From contig NC_014833.1 of NCBI RefSeq assembly GCF_000179635.2, positions 2,160,001-2,192,000 on the forward strand: a stretch of DNA of 32,000 nucleotides, read 5' to 3'. The notes beneath the pieces were generated by a model. The model saw only the letters and a list, made by a program, of their open reading frames with translations. It did no database searches and was not told the DNA's origin. Positions 1-7,964 of the stretch are shown piece after piece. Origin of the DNA: Ruminococcus albus 7 = DSM 20455 (GTDB taxonomy: Bacteria; Bacillota; Clostridia; Oscillospirales; Ruminococcaceae). Within the stretch, counting starts at the first letter, position 1. The number at the start of each line of letters is the position of its first letter. Position numbers and translations under genes: made by a program.

Positions 1-83
1 TTACAATCATTTCAATGTGCTGGACTCCGATAGTTTTGTCGGATATAATGGATTCACGATAAAACTTATGGAGGTACACAACT

Positions 84-293
84 ATGTTGAAAACACCTGA
101 ACTGGCAATGCCGAGAACGAACAAGGTCACTACCGTCTGCAACGGAAAGCGTGAGGTCTGGACAGACTATGAGGAAGCAAAAGTATATTTCCTGGAACTT
201 ATGATGTCCACGGACGGTGAGGAGCACGAACGTGCGGAGTGCGTATACATTCAGCTCATGCACGTACTTGACGATTGCAGTGACGTGGACTGA
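84..293 (+). CDS. Small acidic hypothetical protein (69 aa, roughly 15 D/E vs 7 K/R)
   Basis: ORF with GGAGG about 9 nt upstream of the ATG at 84. It ends 15 nt before the SSB-like gene. No recognisable family. Confidence 0.5.
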   Translation: MLKTPELAMPRTNKVTTVCNGKREVWTDYEEAKVYFLELMMSTDGEEHERAECVYIQLMHVLDDCSDVD

Positions 294-308
294 AAGGAGT
301 AGTAAACT

Positions 309-638
309 ATGCTGAACAAAATAATGATGACAGGACGTATCACCACCGATCTGACCGTTGTAACCGAGGATAATTACAGCTACTGCAAATTTTGCATTGC
401 AGTAGACAAGCAAAAACAAAATAGCATTGATACCATTGAGACAGATACGTTCACCTGCATTGCCTTTGATGATAATGCTAAATCAGTAAGTTTTCTCTAC
501 TCAAAAGGTGGGATTATTACATTTGTTGGTTCGCTCAGGAAGGCACCTGACAAGTCAGTAGTTATCATCGTGGAGAAACTGCACTTCCAGAATAGGTTTG
601 CAGTCAAAGTAGACGTTGATTCGGGACAGCTTTTCTGA
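309..638 (+). CDS. ssb: Single-stranded DNA-binding (OB-fold) protein-like, short form
   Basis: The N-terminus MLNKIMMTGRITTDL matches the typical SSB start (MNKVxLIGRLTxDP). Length is about one OB fold. AAGGAG RBS at 294-299. Confidence 0.55.
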   Translation: MLNKIMMTGRITTDLTVVTEDNYSYCKFCIAVDKQKQNSIDTIETDTFTCIAFDDNAKSVSFLYSKGGIITFVGSLRKAPDKSVVIIVEKLHFQNRFAVKVDVDSGQLF

Positions 639-671
639 CTAAACAGACGATCTACTAACATATAGCTGAAA

Positions 672-704
672 CAAGGCTCTCAGAGTGTTCTGGGGGCCTT
701 GCTT
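672..704 (+). terminator. Possible hairpin terminator after the SSB-like gene
   Basis: CAAGGCTCTCAGA-gtgt-TCTGGGGGCCTTG forms a 13-bp stem with two G-U wobbles. No clear T-run follows. Confidence 0.35.
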
Positions 705-751
705 CATATGGAGATTTTACTGAAACAACTGGAATTATAGCTTTTTATTCA

Positions 752-780
752 TTGACATACGGTATGTAAAATGGTATAAT
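752..780 (+). promoter_or_regulatory. Consensus sigma-A promoter for the MazG-like/helicase pair
   Basis: TTGACA (752-757), a 17-nt spacer, then TATAAT (775-780) with an extended -10 TG (TGgTATAAT). It sits 40 nt upstream of the ATG at 820. Confidence 0.65.
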
Positions 781-819
781 TTAAACAAATAATAGCTTTT
801 GCTTTGGGAGCGTGATAAA

Positions 820-1143
820 ATGAGAGCAGTACATAACAAACTCGTCCGTGACAAGATACCCGAGATAATCGAAAAAGCAAGCAAGACAGCCTACACACAT
901 ATCCTCTCCGACGAAGAATATATCTCCGAGCTAGACAAAAAGCTTGGCGAGGAATTTGCCGAGTATCAGGCTGACAAGAACATAGAAGAACTTGCCGATA
1001 TGTTGGAAGTTATGTATGCTATCGCCGAAGCAAGAGGATGGTCGGTATCTGAGCTTGAAGCTGTCCGTAAGTCTAAGGCTGAAAAGCGTGGTGGCTTCAA
1101 AAAGAAAATATACCTTGAGTATGTGGAGGAAGGAAATGAGTGA
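820..1143 (+). CDS. MazG-like all-alpha NTP pyrophosphohydrolase (PRA-PH-like / COG4997-type), 107 aa
   Basis: Hallmark N-terminus NKLVRDKIPEII, an acidic EExxE/EELADMLEV metal-binding helix pattern, and a C-terminal KxxKRGGF motif. GGGAG RBS at 806-810. The start was trimmed from the track TTG at 799 to the ATG at 820. Confidence 0.75.
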   Translation: MRAVHNKLVRDKIPEIIEKASKTAYTHILSDEEYISELDKKLGEEFAEYQADKNIEELADMLEVMYAIAEARGWSVSELEAVRKSKAEKRGGFKKKIYLEYVEEGNE

Positions 1144-3403
1144 AAGACTTGTAACGCCAAGTGGGAGCGCTCCCGAAAACCTGTTCATAGAACTTTTTTC
1201 GGACGCTTTCGGCGCTGAAAAAGCTGCGTTTCTTTATCCGCAGTACCACTTCACCGACATTTATCAGAATGACCGCTATGCTGATTTCTTCCTTGAAAAC
1301 GGCGGAAAGCGTATCGCTATTGAGATAGACGATGAAGCAAGTCATAACCCGTCGGTCGTGTCACGCAACAAGTTCTATGACGACCTGCTGAAACAAAACA
1401 GCATGATATTCAAAGGTTGGGACGTTTACCGCTGGGCAGTGCGTCAGTTGCAGGTACAGCCCGATACTGTCAAGGACGAACTGCGTATATTTCTCGGTTC
1501 GCACCCGCTGTTCCGTGAGATAGCAGATTATCTTCCCACACAGCGTTCCAAGACGATCAATGCCGAGAATTTGCAGCTGAAAGAGCATCAGCTTGCAGCT
1601 TTGAAGTCTCTTGAAGAAATGCGTGAACGTCATGAAACTATCGCTCTGTTATATCACGCAACAGGAACGGGAAAGACCGTTACCGCAGTCAGCGATGCAA
1701 AGCGGTTCGGCAAACGCACACTGTTCCTCGCACATACGATAGAGCTTGTAAATCAGGCTTATGAAACTTTCAATACTCTGTGGGATGGCGTTTATGTCGG
1801 TAAGTTCGGCGATGCTGTAAAGGAGAGAGATGCATATATCGTCTGCGGAAGTATCCAAAGTGTTGCACTCAATCTTGAAATGTTCCGTAAGGACGAGTTC
1901 GAGTATCTCATAATTGACGAGGCTCACCACGCTTCTGCCGATACATACCAGAAAGTGCTTGCGTATTTCAAGCCCAAGTTCACGCTGGGTCTTACAGCTA
2001 CTCCCGAACGTGCAGATGATAAGGACATCATAGAAATATTTAAGAACACCGCACACAAGCTGGATATACAGACAGCCGTTGAGATAGGCGAACTTGTGCC
2101 TGTTCGCTGTATCCGTATTCATACAAATATCGACCTGACAAAGGTGCGATTCAACAGTGTGCAGTACAATATCCGTGACCTCGAAAGCAAAATATTCGTT
2201 CCCGAGCGCAACACGCTTATAGTCGATACTTTCATGGAATACGTCAGCGACAAGCGAACGGTCATTTTCTGCGCAAGCGTAAAACACGCCGAGCAGATCG
2301 CGGCGATGATAAGAGAGCACGGAGTTGCCGCAGCCGCAGTCAGCGGAAGCATGAAGTCATCGGAACGCAAGGAGATGCTTGCAAAGTTCCAGAAGGGCGA
2401 GATCAAGGCGATGTGTGCCTGTGATCTGCTCAATGAGGGCTGGGACTGTCCCGAAACAGAAGTGCTGTTCATGGCTCGTCCCACTATGTCTAAAGTGCTG
2501 TACACTCAGCAGCTCGGGCGAGGTATGAGACTTGCAGACGGCAAGGATTTTCTAATGGTATTTGACTTCGTGGACAACGCAAGTCAGTACAATATGCCAT
2601 ATTCTCTGCACAGGTTATTCAAGCTGAAAAAGTACCGTCCCGGTCAGACAGTTCTCGGAAAAGACCGTGCTGCCGAAGAAGCATTATACGAACGAGGCGA
2701 AAAGCCGGAAGCGCTGATAGACTACCCCGTGAGCGTTACAGACTACGAAGCTGTTGATGTTTTCAACTGGCAGGAGGAAGCGGCTGGCATGATATCTCAG
2801 ATGGAGTTTATCCGCCGTGTTGATGTGCAGTCCGAAACAGTTGAAAGATATATCCGTGAGGGGAAGATCATCCCCAATCTGATAGTACCCATGAGCGAGC
2901 ATAAGCAGCTTAAATACTTCACCGAGGAAACGCTCGAAGCTGCCGCAAAAGCCAACGGATGGAAGCTTATAAACGACAGCAACCGCAAGGAGCTGTTTAT
3001 GGAAATGGTCGGGCAGATGGATATGAGCTATTCATATAAGCCTGTCCTGCTGAAAGCGATATTCGCCAATGCAGACAACAAAGGTCGCGTAAAGCTCGAT
3101 GATATCTCCGCATATTTCCGCTGTTTTTATGAGGAACGCAGAAGTTCGGGACTTGTAGTAGAGAAGCCAAACAGCATATTTGCAAAAGGAGGCTACACCG
3201 ACAAGGACGCTCAGCGGAATATCCTTTCCAATCCGTTCAAACGCTTTGAAGATATGCAGATGCTCAGGCACACAAAAACGCTCGGTATCATCGAGGTAGA
3301 ACCGACTGTGTGGAAAAATCTTACCGATGACGAGATCAGGCGTATACTGGATATTTGTGATGAGAAGCTGGAGAGGTATTATGGGAGGTTTGATAAGAAA
3401 TGA
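1136..3403 (+). CDS. Fusion protein (755 aa): N-terminal Vsr/DUF559-like endonuclease, SF2 (ResIII/DEAH) helicase, HTH, and an uncharacterised C-terminal domain
   Basis: N-terminus: DRYADFFLENGGKRIAIEIDDEASH ... GWDVYRW resembles the DUF559/Vsr pattern (D..(A)IE.DG..H ... GW.V.R). Helicase motifs: I ATGTGKT, II DEAHH, III LTATPER, VI QQLGRGMR. HTH-like segment: ISQMEFIRRVDVQSETVERYIREGKI. The C-terminal roughly 150 aa start at MSYSYKPVLLKAIF. The ATG at 1136 has a GGAGGA RBS at 1124-1129 and overlaps the MazG-like stop by 8 nt. Confidence 0.8.
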   Translation: MSERLVTPSGSAPENLFIELFSDAFGAEKAAFLYPQYHFTDIYQNDRYADFFLENGGKRIAIEIDDEASHNPSVVSRNKFYDDLLKQNSMIFKGWDVYRWAVRQLQVQPDTVKDELRIFLGSHPLFREIADYLPTQRSKTINAENLQLKEHQLAALKSLEEMRERHETIALLYHATGTGKTVTAVSDAKRFGKRTLFLAHTIELVNQAYETFNTLWDGVYVGKFGDAVKERDAYIVCGSIQSVALNLEMFRKDEFEYLIIDEAHHASADTYQKVLAYFKPKFTLGLTATPERADDKDIIEIFKNTAHKLDIQTAVEIGELVPVRCIRIHTNIDLTKVRFNSVQYNIRDLESKIFVPERNTLIVDTFMEYVSDKRTVIFCASVKHAEQIAAMIREHGVAAAAVSGSMKSSERKEMLAKFQKGEIKAMCACDLLNEGWDCPETEVLFMARPTMSKVLYTQQLGRGMRLADGKDFLMVFDFVDNASQYNMPYSLHRLFKLKKYRPGQTVLGKDRAAEEALYERGEKPEALIDYPVSVTDYEAVDVFNWQEEAAGMISQMEFIRRVDVQSETVERYIREGKIIPNLIVPMSEHKQLKYFTEETLEAAAKANGWKLINDSNRKELFMEMVGQMDMSYSYKPVLLKAIFANADNKGRVKLDDISAYFRCFYEERRSSGLVVEKPNSIFAKGGYTDKDAQRNILSNPFKRFEDMQMLRHTKTLGIIEVEPTVWKNLTDDEIRRILDICDEKLERYYGRFDKK

Positions 3404-3443
3404 GATTATCATTTGATAACTCTTTATCAGAACAATATTATAG

Positions 3444-3560
3444 AAAAAGCATATCAATAACAATAATGTGGAAGCAAAGATCAGACAGCAACTACAATTC
3501 TTACGAGATAAGGGATTTATTGAATTCTTAGGTAAGGGACAATATAGGAAAGCGTTATAA
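3444..3560 (+). pseudogene. Start-less remnant of a winged-helix-like C-terminus (..VEAKIRQQLQFLRDKGFIEFLGKGQYRKAL*)
   Basis: The open frame runs from the stop at 3441 to the TAA at 3558-3560, with no ATG and no RBS. The peptide resembles wHTH tails of the form LRDxGxIEFxGxGxY. Family not identified. Confidence 0.3.
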
Positions 3561-3591
3561 CTGAAGTATAACAACTATTTTACTAAGCATC

Positions 3592-3630
3592 AAAAAGGCT
3601 CTCACAGCCGAAAACTGTGAGAGCCTTTTT
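3592..3630. terminator. Bidirectional rho-independent terminator
   Basis: Perfect 16-bp stem AAAAAGGCTCTCACAG / CTGTGAGAGCCTTTTT with a 7-nt loop. A-run and T-run flanks allow function on both strands, and it lies between convergent genes. Confidence 0.75.
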
Positions 3631-3631
3631 G

Positions 3632-4099
3632 TTACAGACAGATAGTCATATAAGGCGGTATGCAAACAATATCCTCCTTGAAACAGAGGTTGCGTGGGTG
3701 TATCACATAGCACTCACCTATACGAGCCTTGTACTTCTCTTTAAAGCGTTTGAGCGACTCTATCGAATACTTCTTCCTCGACTTGACCTCTATCGGGAAC
3801 ATCTTGTATTTAAGCTTGCTATTGTTGGATATGAGGAAGTCTATTTCGATGTCGTTGCGGTGCTTCTCGGTGTTGTACTGCGTATAGAAATACAGCTTGT
3901 GACCGTTCACTGTCAGCATCTGAGCGATAGCGTTCTCATAGAGCATTCCCTCGTTCATGTTCAGCTTGTCACCGAGTATCTGCTTGTATACCTCATCTTC
4001 GAGCAGTTCGTTCTCGTCAAAGGCATGGCTGACAAGCAGTCCTGTATCGCCGAGGTAACACTTCACATACGCTCTGTTCTCTTTGATCGACAGTCCCAC
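3632..4099 (-). pseudogene. N-terminally truncated AAA-ATPase (DUF4143-type C-terminal domain only)
   Basis: KCYLGDTGLLVSHAF ... EIDFLI ... PIEVKS is the C-terminal DUF4143/restriction-fold half of ATPases that are normally about 400 aa. No Walker A/B region is present. The frame stays open upstream only to about 4192. Confidence 0.6.
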
Positions 4100-4106
4100 A
4101 TTAGGG

Positions 4107-4286
4107 TCATTGCACAGGAAGCATTCGCTGGAGATAATATCCAGTAAATATGCCGAGAAACAGCGGTCTGCCTTTCTTCCATCCGTAGTTAGTCACTGTG
4201 TTCAGTTCAAGGATATTGCCCAATCCCGGTGTAGACGCATTGATTACACAATATAAAACAAAATTACCTATCACATAAGCCGGCAT
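4107..4286 (-). pseudogene. N-terminal fragment of a LysE/EamB(YfiK)-family amino-acid exporter (about 50 codons)
   Basis: MPAYVIGNFVLYCVINASTPGLGNILELNTVTNYGWKKGRPLFLGIFTGY aligns by eye with the E. coli YfiK N-terminus (..TPGPNNILALSSATSHGFRQSTRVLAGMSLGF). AAGGAGG RBS and TGGTATAAT lie upstream. The frame breaks after about 51 residues, where it meets the ATPase remnant. Confidence 0.45.
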
Positions 4287-4404
4287 ATTTATGCCTCCTT
4301 CCGTAGTTTTATTATACCACGGAATGCTTTGCGATAGGTAGTACTTTCATACTGTGCGTTTGCATAGGTTCAGCCTAGAAGTTTTATTGCTTTTTACAAG
4401 TTTT

Positions 4405-5139
4405 TTATTCATCTAGCAGATTATATATGCCGTCCTCTGAAAGAACTCCACGTTTCAGTTCTTTTGGTAGAAGTCCGGCTTCATCGGCTGCATAGTCTCG
4501 TTTCCATGCATCGCTGCCATAATACACAGACAATGATTTCACTAGCTCATCTGAACCTTCTTTTGCCTGCTTCATAATATCTTCATAATAAATGATACGC
4601 CTGATCTGTGCCTCTATGGATTCCGGTGTTGAAGGCAGTATTTTTTCAAAGCGGAACATATCAAATAATTCGCCTTCTGTATCATCCGGCGCACAGTGAT
4701 GTTCATTAAAATATTCGACAATATGGAATCCGCAGCGATTGATATAGAAATGGATATTACGTTTTTCAAAATAAGGGGTGACAGTTTCCCAGACTGTGAC
4801 CTCAGGATGCTTTTTTTCGATCTCACACCACGTCACATATCCGATTCCTTTGCTGTGAACAGAAGGGGACACAAAGAGCAGTTCCAGCTCTCCATGATCG
4901 TATTCGGTTCTGATCACAACTCCGCCGACAGGTTTATTGTCCTTCATGATCCGGAATGCTGTTCCTTCGTCGATTGAATGTGAAATCGTATCACGGGAAA
5001 TGATCTCGCCGTCTTCTTCAAAATGATCGTCACGTTGACCGAATTCTTCGAGAGCACCATAATTGAAGGCTTCCTGATTGTCCTTTATGAATTGCTCTCT
5101 GTCAGACGGTTCAAGCGGTATGAGCTGTACTTCTGTCAT
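4405..5139 (-). CDS. GNAT-family N-acetyltransferase with a C-terminal DUF4298-like tail (244 aa)
   Basis: Acetyl-CoA binding region LELLFVSPSVHSKGIGY. The C-terminus ..DAWKRDYAADEAGLLPKELKRGVLSEDGIYNLLDE is typical of DUF4298. GGAGG RBS lies before the ATG at 5139. The track ORF extension to 5397 was rejected. Confidence 0.7.
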   Translation of the reverse strand: MTEVQLIPLEPSDREQFIKDNQEAFNYGALEEFGQRDDHFEEDGEIISRDTISHSIDEGTAFRIMKDNKPVGGVVIRTEYDHGELELLFVSPSVHSKGIGYVTWCEIEKKHPEVTVWETVTPYFEKRNIHFYINRCGFHIVEYFNEHHCAPDDTEGELFDMFRFEKILPSTPESIEAQIRRIIYYEDIMKQAKEGSDELVKSLSVYYGSDAWKRDYAADEAGLLPKELKRGVLSEDGIYNLLDE

Positions 5140-5489
5140 ATCTATTCCTCCACTGTGTATTGAGGGATTTGGGGCAAACCAGTATATTATAATTATACCA
5201 TAGTTGGAACTGATTTTCAATTGGATATATGAAAAATGTATCTCAAACCTCACTGTATAATTCGGAGATAAAATAATGAAGCATCTCTCTTTGTCTATAA
5301 TAGCCTGATGTACAAGTTTTTCATATTTTTCTCTCGGAAAACTTCTAAATAAATACCGATCAACTGATATCAGGTCTTTTTTTGATCTCAGTATCACTTA
5401 TTTACTAGCAAATAAACGAATTTCAAGCCTTCCAAACCTACTGTTTCATTTAGAATTTACATTATTTTTATGAAATTTAAAGAAAACTC

Positions 5490-5518
5490 TTGACAAATTG
5501 ACGAAAATTGTTTATAAT
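5490..5518 (+). promoter_or_regulatory. Consensus sigma-A promoter of the LacI-family gene
   Basis: TTGACA (5490-5495), a 17-nt spacer, then TATAAT (5513-5518). Confidence 0.6.
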
Positions 5519-5559
5519 AAAGTTAATATTAAGTTATAGAACCAAAAGGAGTGATAACA

Positions 5560-6561
5560 GTGAAAAAACCCGTTACATTGATCGATATCGCTAAAGCCTG
5601 CAACACCAGCAACGTTACTGTTTCAAAAGCCCTTGCTGATAAAAGTGGAGTTAGTGATGAACTCAGAGCAAAGATCAAACAAGTGGCAGAAGAAATGGGC
5701 TATGTTCCATCCAAAACCGTAACATCACGTAAGAAGAGCAATATCGGAGTTCTTATTCCCGAAAAGTATGTTGGGCTCAGCGGTTCTTTCTACTGGACAC
5801 TGTATAACAGCCTTGTCCAGAGATTGAAAAGAGAGAATCTATACTGTGTTATAGAAAATCTTGAGTACAAAGACGAAGAAAAACTGATACTGCCTAATAT
5901 TGTTACTGACCGAAAGATATCTGCGCTCATATCTCTCGGTGAGATATCTCATGTTTATGCACAGAAGCTTTCTGAAAATGTAGAACATCTGATCCTGCTT
6001 GATTATTATGTACCAGGTCTGAAGGTTGATTCGATCGTTACAAATGGCTATAATGGTGGATATAAGCTTGCAAATTATTTAATCAGCTTAGGGCACAGAC
6101 GAATAGGCTTTATCGGTTCCAAAAAAGCTACATCCAGTATATTTGACAGATATATGGGTTATATGAAAGCGCTTATAGAACATGATCTGGAAATACGTGA
6201 TGATTGGATAATAGATGACAGGGATAAGTATTCCGATCCGATCGATCTTGTATTCCCGAAGGATATGCCAACTGCTTTTGTATGCAACTGTGATGAAGTG
6301 GCATTCCAGACTATCAAACAGCTGAGGGAACATGGTTATTCTGTTCCTGATGATGTATCTGTTGTGGGATATGACAACTATCTTATCTCTGAAGTCAGTG
6401 ATCCCACTATTACAACTATCAGTATTGATGCGGAATATATGGCGGAGCTGACTGTAAACACTCTGATCCAGCGTCTTAATGATCCAAGTACCATCTATCG
6501 AATGCGTACGATTGAAGGTGACCTTGTTATCAAAAATTCAGTTCTCCCGCTGAACAGATAA
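5560..6561 (+). CDS. LacI-family transcriptional regulator
   Basis: N-terminal HTH: TLIDIAKACNTSNVTVSKALADKSGVSDELRAKIKQVAEEMGYVP. The C-terminal periplasmic-binding-like fold includes ..DVSVVGYDN.. GTG start at 5560, 8 nt after AAAGGAG. Confidence 0.9.
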   Translation: MKKPVTLIDIAKACNTSNVTVSKALADKSGVSDELRAKIKQVAEEMGYVPSKTVTSRKKSNIGVLIPEKYVGLSGSFYWTLYNSLVQRLKRENLYCVIENLEYKDEEKLILPNIVTDRKISALISLGEISHVYAQKLSENVEHLILLDYYVPGLKVDSIVTNGYNGGYKLANYLISLGHRRIGFIGSKKATSSIFDRYMGYMKALIEHDLEIRDDWIIDDRDKYSDPIDLVFPKDMPTAFVCNCDEVAFQTIKQLREHGYSVPDDVSVVGYDNYLISEVSDPTITTISIDAEYMAELTVNTLIQRLNDPSTIYRMRTIEGDLVIKNSVLPLNR

Positions 6562-6618
6562 TTGATACAACTATACGACCGCAGTCCAAGTGCTGCGGTC
6601 TTTACATGGAGGAAAGTA

Positions 6619-6990
6619 ATGGGTAATAAAAGTGAACAGGCAATATATAACCATAAAAACGGTCATACTTGTTCGGGCGCGATAATGTGTGCTTTTGCAG
6701 ATGAAGCAAACATGACTTCTGAACAAGCTCGGAAAGATTCAATGCCCTATGCCGGAGGTAAAATGGGAAAATGTGGTGCTGTGCTTGCAGCTGAGCATAT
6801 TCTGAGAATGATGTTTAGTGGGAAAGAAGCATCAGAAAAGATAGATGAACTTGAAGCTAGATTTATGCGTATGAACTCCTCTGTAATATGCCGTGAGTTG
6901 AAAGGGTTAGATACCGGTAAAGTCCTGCGAAATTGCCGCGGCTGTGTTTCAGATGCAGCTGTCATACTTGAAGATCTGATAGGAAATTAA
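6619..6990 (+). CDS. C_GCAxxG_C_C family (putative redox-active) protein
   Basis: CSGAIMCAF and GKCGAVLAA motifs plus C-terminal CRELKG...CRGCV cysteines. GGAGGA RBS before the ATG at 6619. Confidence 0.7.
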   Translation: MGNKSEQAIYNHKNGHTCSGAIMCAFADEANMTSEQARKDSMPYAGGKMGKCGAVLAAEHILRMMFSGKEASEKIDELEARFMRMNSSVICRELKGLDTGKVLRNCRGCVSDAAVILEDLIGN

Positions 6991-6994
6991 AAGT

Positions 6995-7031
6995 AAAAGC
7001 TACCACTGTTTTAAAGTCAATGGTAGCTTTT
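6995..7031. terminator. Bidirectional terminator between convergent genes
   Basis: AAAAGCTACCA / TGGTAGCTTTT forms an 11-bp stem with a 15-nt loop and has A/T runs at both ends. Confidence 0.6.
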
Positions 7032-7038
7032 ATCATTT

Positions 7039-7779
7039 TTATGAATTTATTGAATCTGCGATTTCTATTGCTATTTCAGAACGTAACGTAGGCGGGAACC
7101 AATGACCCAGACCGCTTATAATCTTCAATTCGCATTTTTCATAATTTTTGACCAGTTTAAGAGAATAGGCTGGATCCACAATCGGATCTGCTGCTCCATG
7201 CCATATCTTTACCGGATTGCTGAAATTGGTAGCTTTTGCAAAAACATCATACCGTGGAACACCATAGTAATATGTCTTTGAGAGCTTAACATCCATAAAT
7301 TCAAATTCGTCAGGAAGAGTATCTTCATCCTTTCCAAGCCAATCATGAGGTATGACAAACGCGGGATAAACAAGGAACAGTCCTGCAATATCAGCAATAT
7401 CAGGAGCAGTTATAGCGGATACAAACCCACCCTGGCTTTCACCGTAAAGATAGATCTTATCAAATTGATACCGATCTTTTATGAAGTTTACCAAATCTTT
7501 AAGATCATCCTGTTCGCTCGATACACTCATATCTGTAGTCTTTCCTGTGCTCCTGACCTTATTTCCGCCACCGTTAAAATCGTAGCAAACTGCATATATC
7601 CCGTTTTGAGCAAGTATTTTAGCAATATCATGAAGTTCTGCAGCACAGGAATTAAAACCGTGACTCATTATAACGCAAGCAGCTCTTTCGTTGTTTTCAG
7701 GAATGAATTCATCCAAAAATATGTTTCCACGAGCTGTTGAAAGGGAAGTTGTGTTGGAAGTGAAGCTTGCATTCTTCAT
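7039..7779 (-). CDS. Alpha/beta hydrolase, feruloyl/cinnamoyl-esterase-like
   Basis: HGF oxyanion region (IMSHGFNS), nucleophile elbow GESQGG, and C-terminal GLGHWF His. Size and layout resemble Butyrivibrio/Lactobacillus cinnamoyl esterases. GGAGGA RBS. Confidence 0.7.
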   Translation of the reverse strand: MKNASFTSNTTSLSTARGNIFLDEFIPENNERAACVIMSHGFNSCAAELHDIAKILAQNGIYAVCYDFNGGGNKVRSTGKTTDMSVSSEQDDLKDLVNFIKDRYQFDKIYLYGESQGGFVSAITAPDIADIAGLFLVYPAFVIPHDWLGKDEDTLPDEFEFMDVKLSKTYYYGVPRYDVFAKATNFSNPVKIWHGAADPIVDPAYSLKLVKNYEKCELKIISGLGHWFPPTLRSEIAIEIADSINS

Positions 7780-7900
7780 TATTCTGTCCTCCTGATAAAA
7801 TAATTCAATATAATATCTCTATTATAACATATGATCGATCATTTGTCTACTGATAAATCCTAGTTATTAAAAGATCAAATTTTTAACACTATATCATGTC

Positions 7901-7944
7901 TCAAAAAGATCCCCCGTTTTCAGCATACACTGTGAAAACGGGGG
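7901..7944 (-). terminator. Rho-independent terminator of the GH43 gene
   Basis: CCCCCGTTTTCA / TGAAAACGGGGG forms a 12-bp stem with a 10-nt loop. A T-run follows on the minus strand (the A-run at 7903-7907). Confidence 0.75.
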
Positions 7945-7964
7945 TATATAGGGAAAGTTGAAAT

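Noticed and set aside
992-1135. Upstream extension of the helicase ORF given by the track (803 aa starting at 992)
   Set aside because: It lies entirely inside the MazG-like gene in another frame. The ATG at 1136 has a strong GGAGGA RBS and gives a sensible N-terminus.
1649-2505. Long minus-strand ORFs (223 aa and 128 aa) antisense to the helicase gene
   Set aside because: They are shadow ORFs of a well-supported plus-strand gene. They have no RBS and no recognisable motifs.
3617-4147. 176-aa plus-strand ORF
   Set aside because: It is antisense to the DUF4143 ATPase fragment. Its composition is L/V/Y-rich and low-complexity, and its start lies inside the terminator hairpin.
5140-5397. N-terminal 86-aa extension of the GNAT ORF
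   Set aside because: The region is AT-rich and the peptide is I/Y/F-rich with no homology. The internal ATG at 5139 has a GGAGG RBS and starts a complete GNAT domain.
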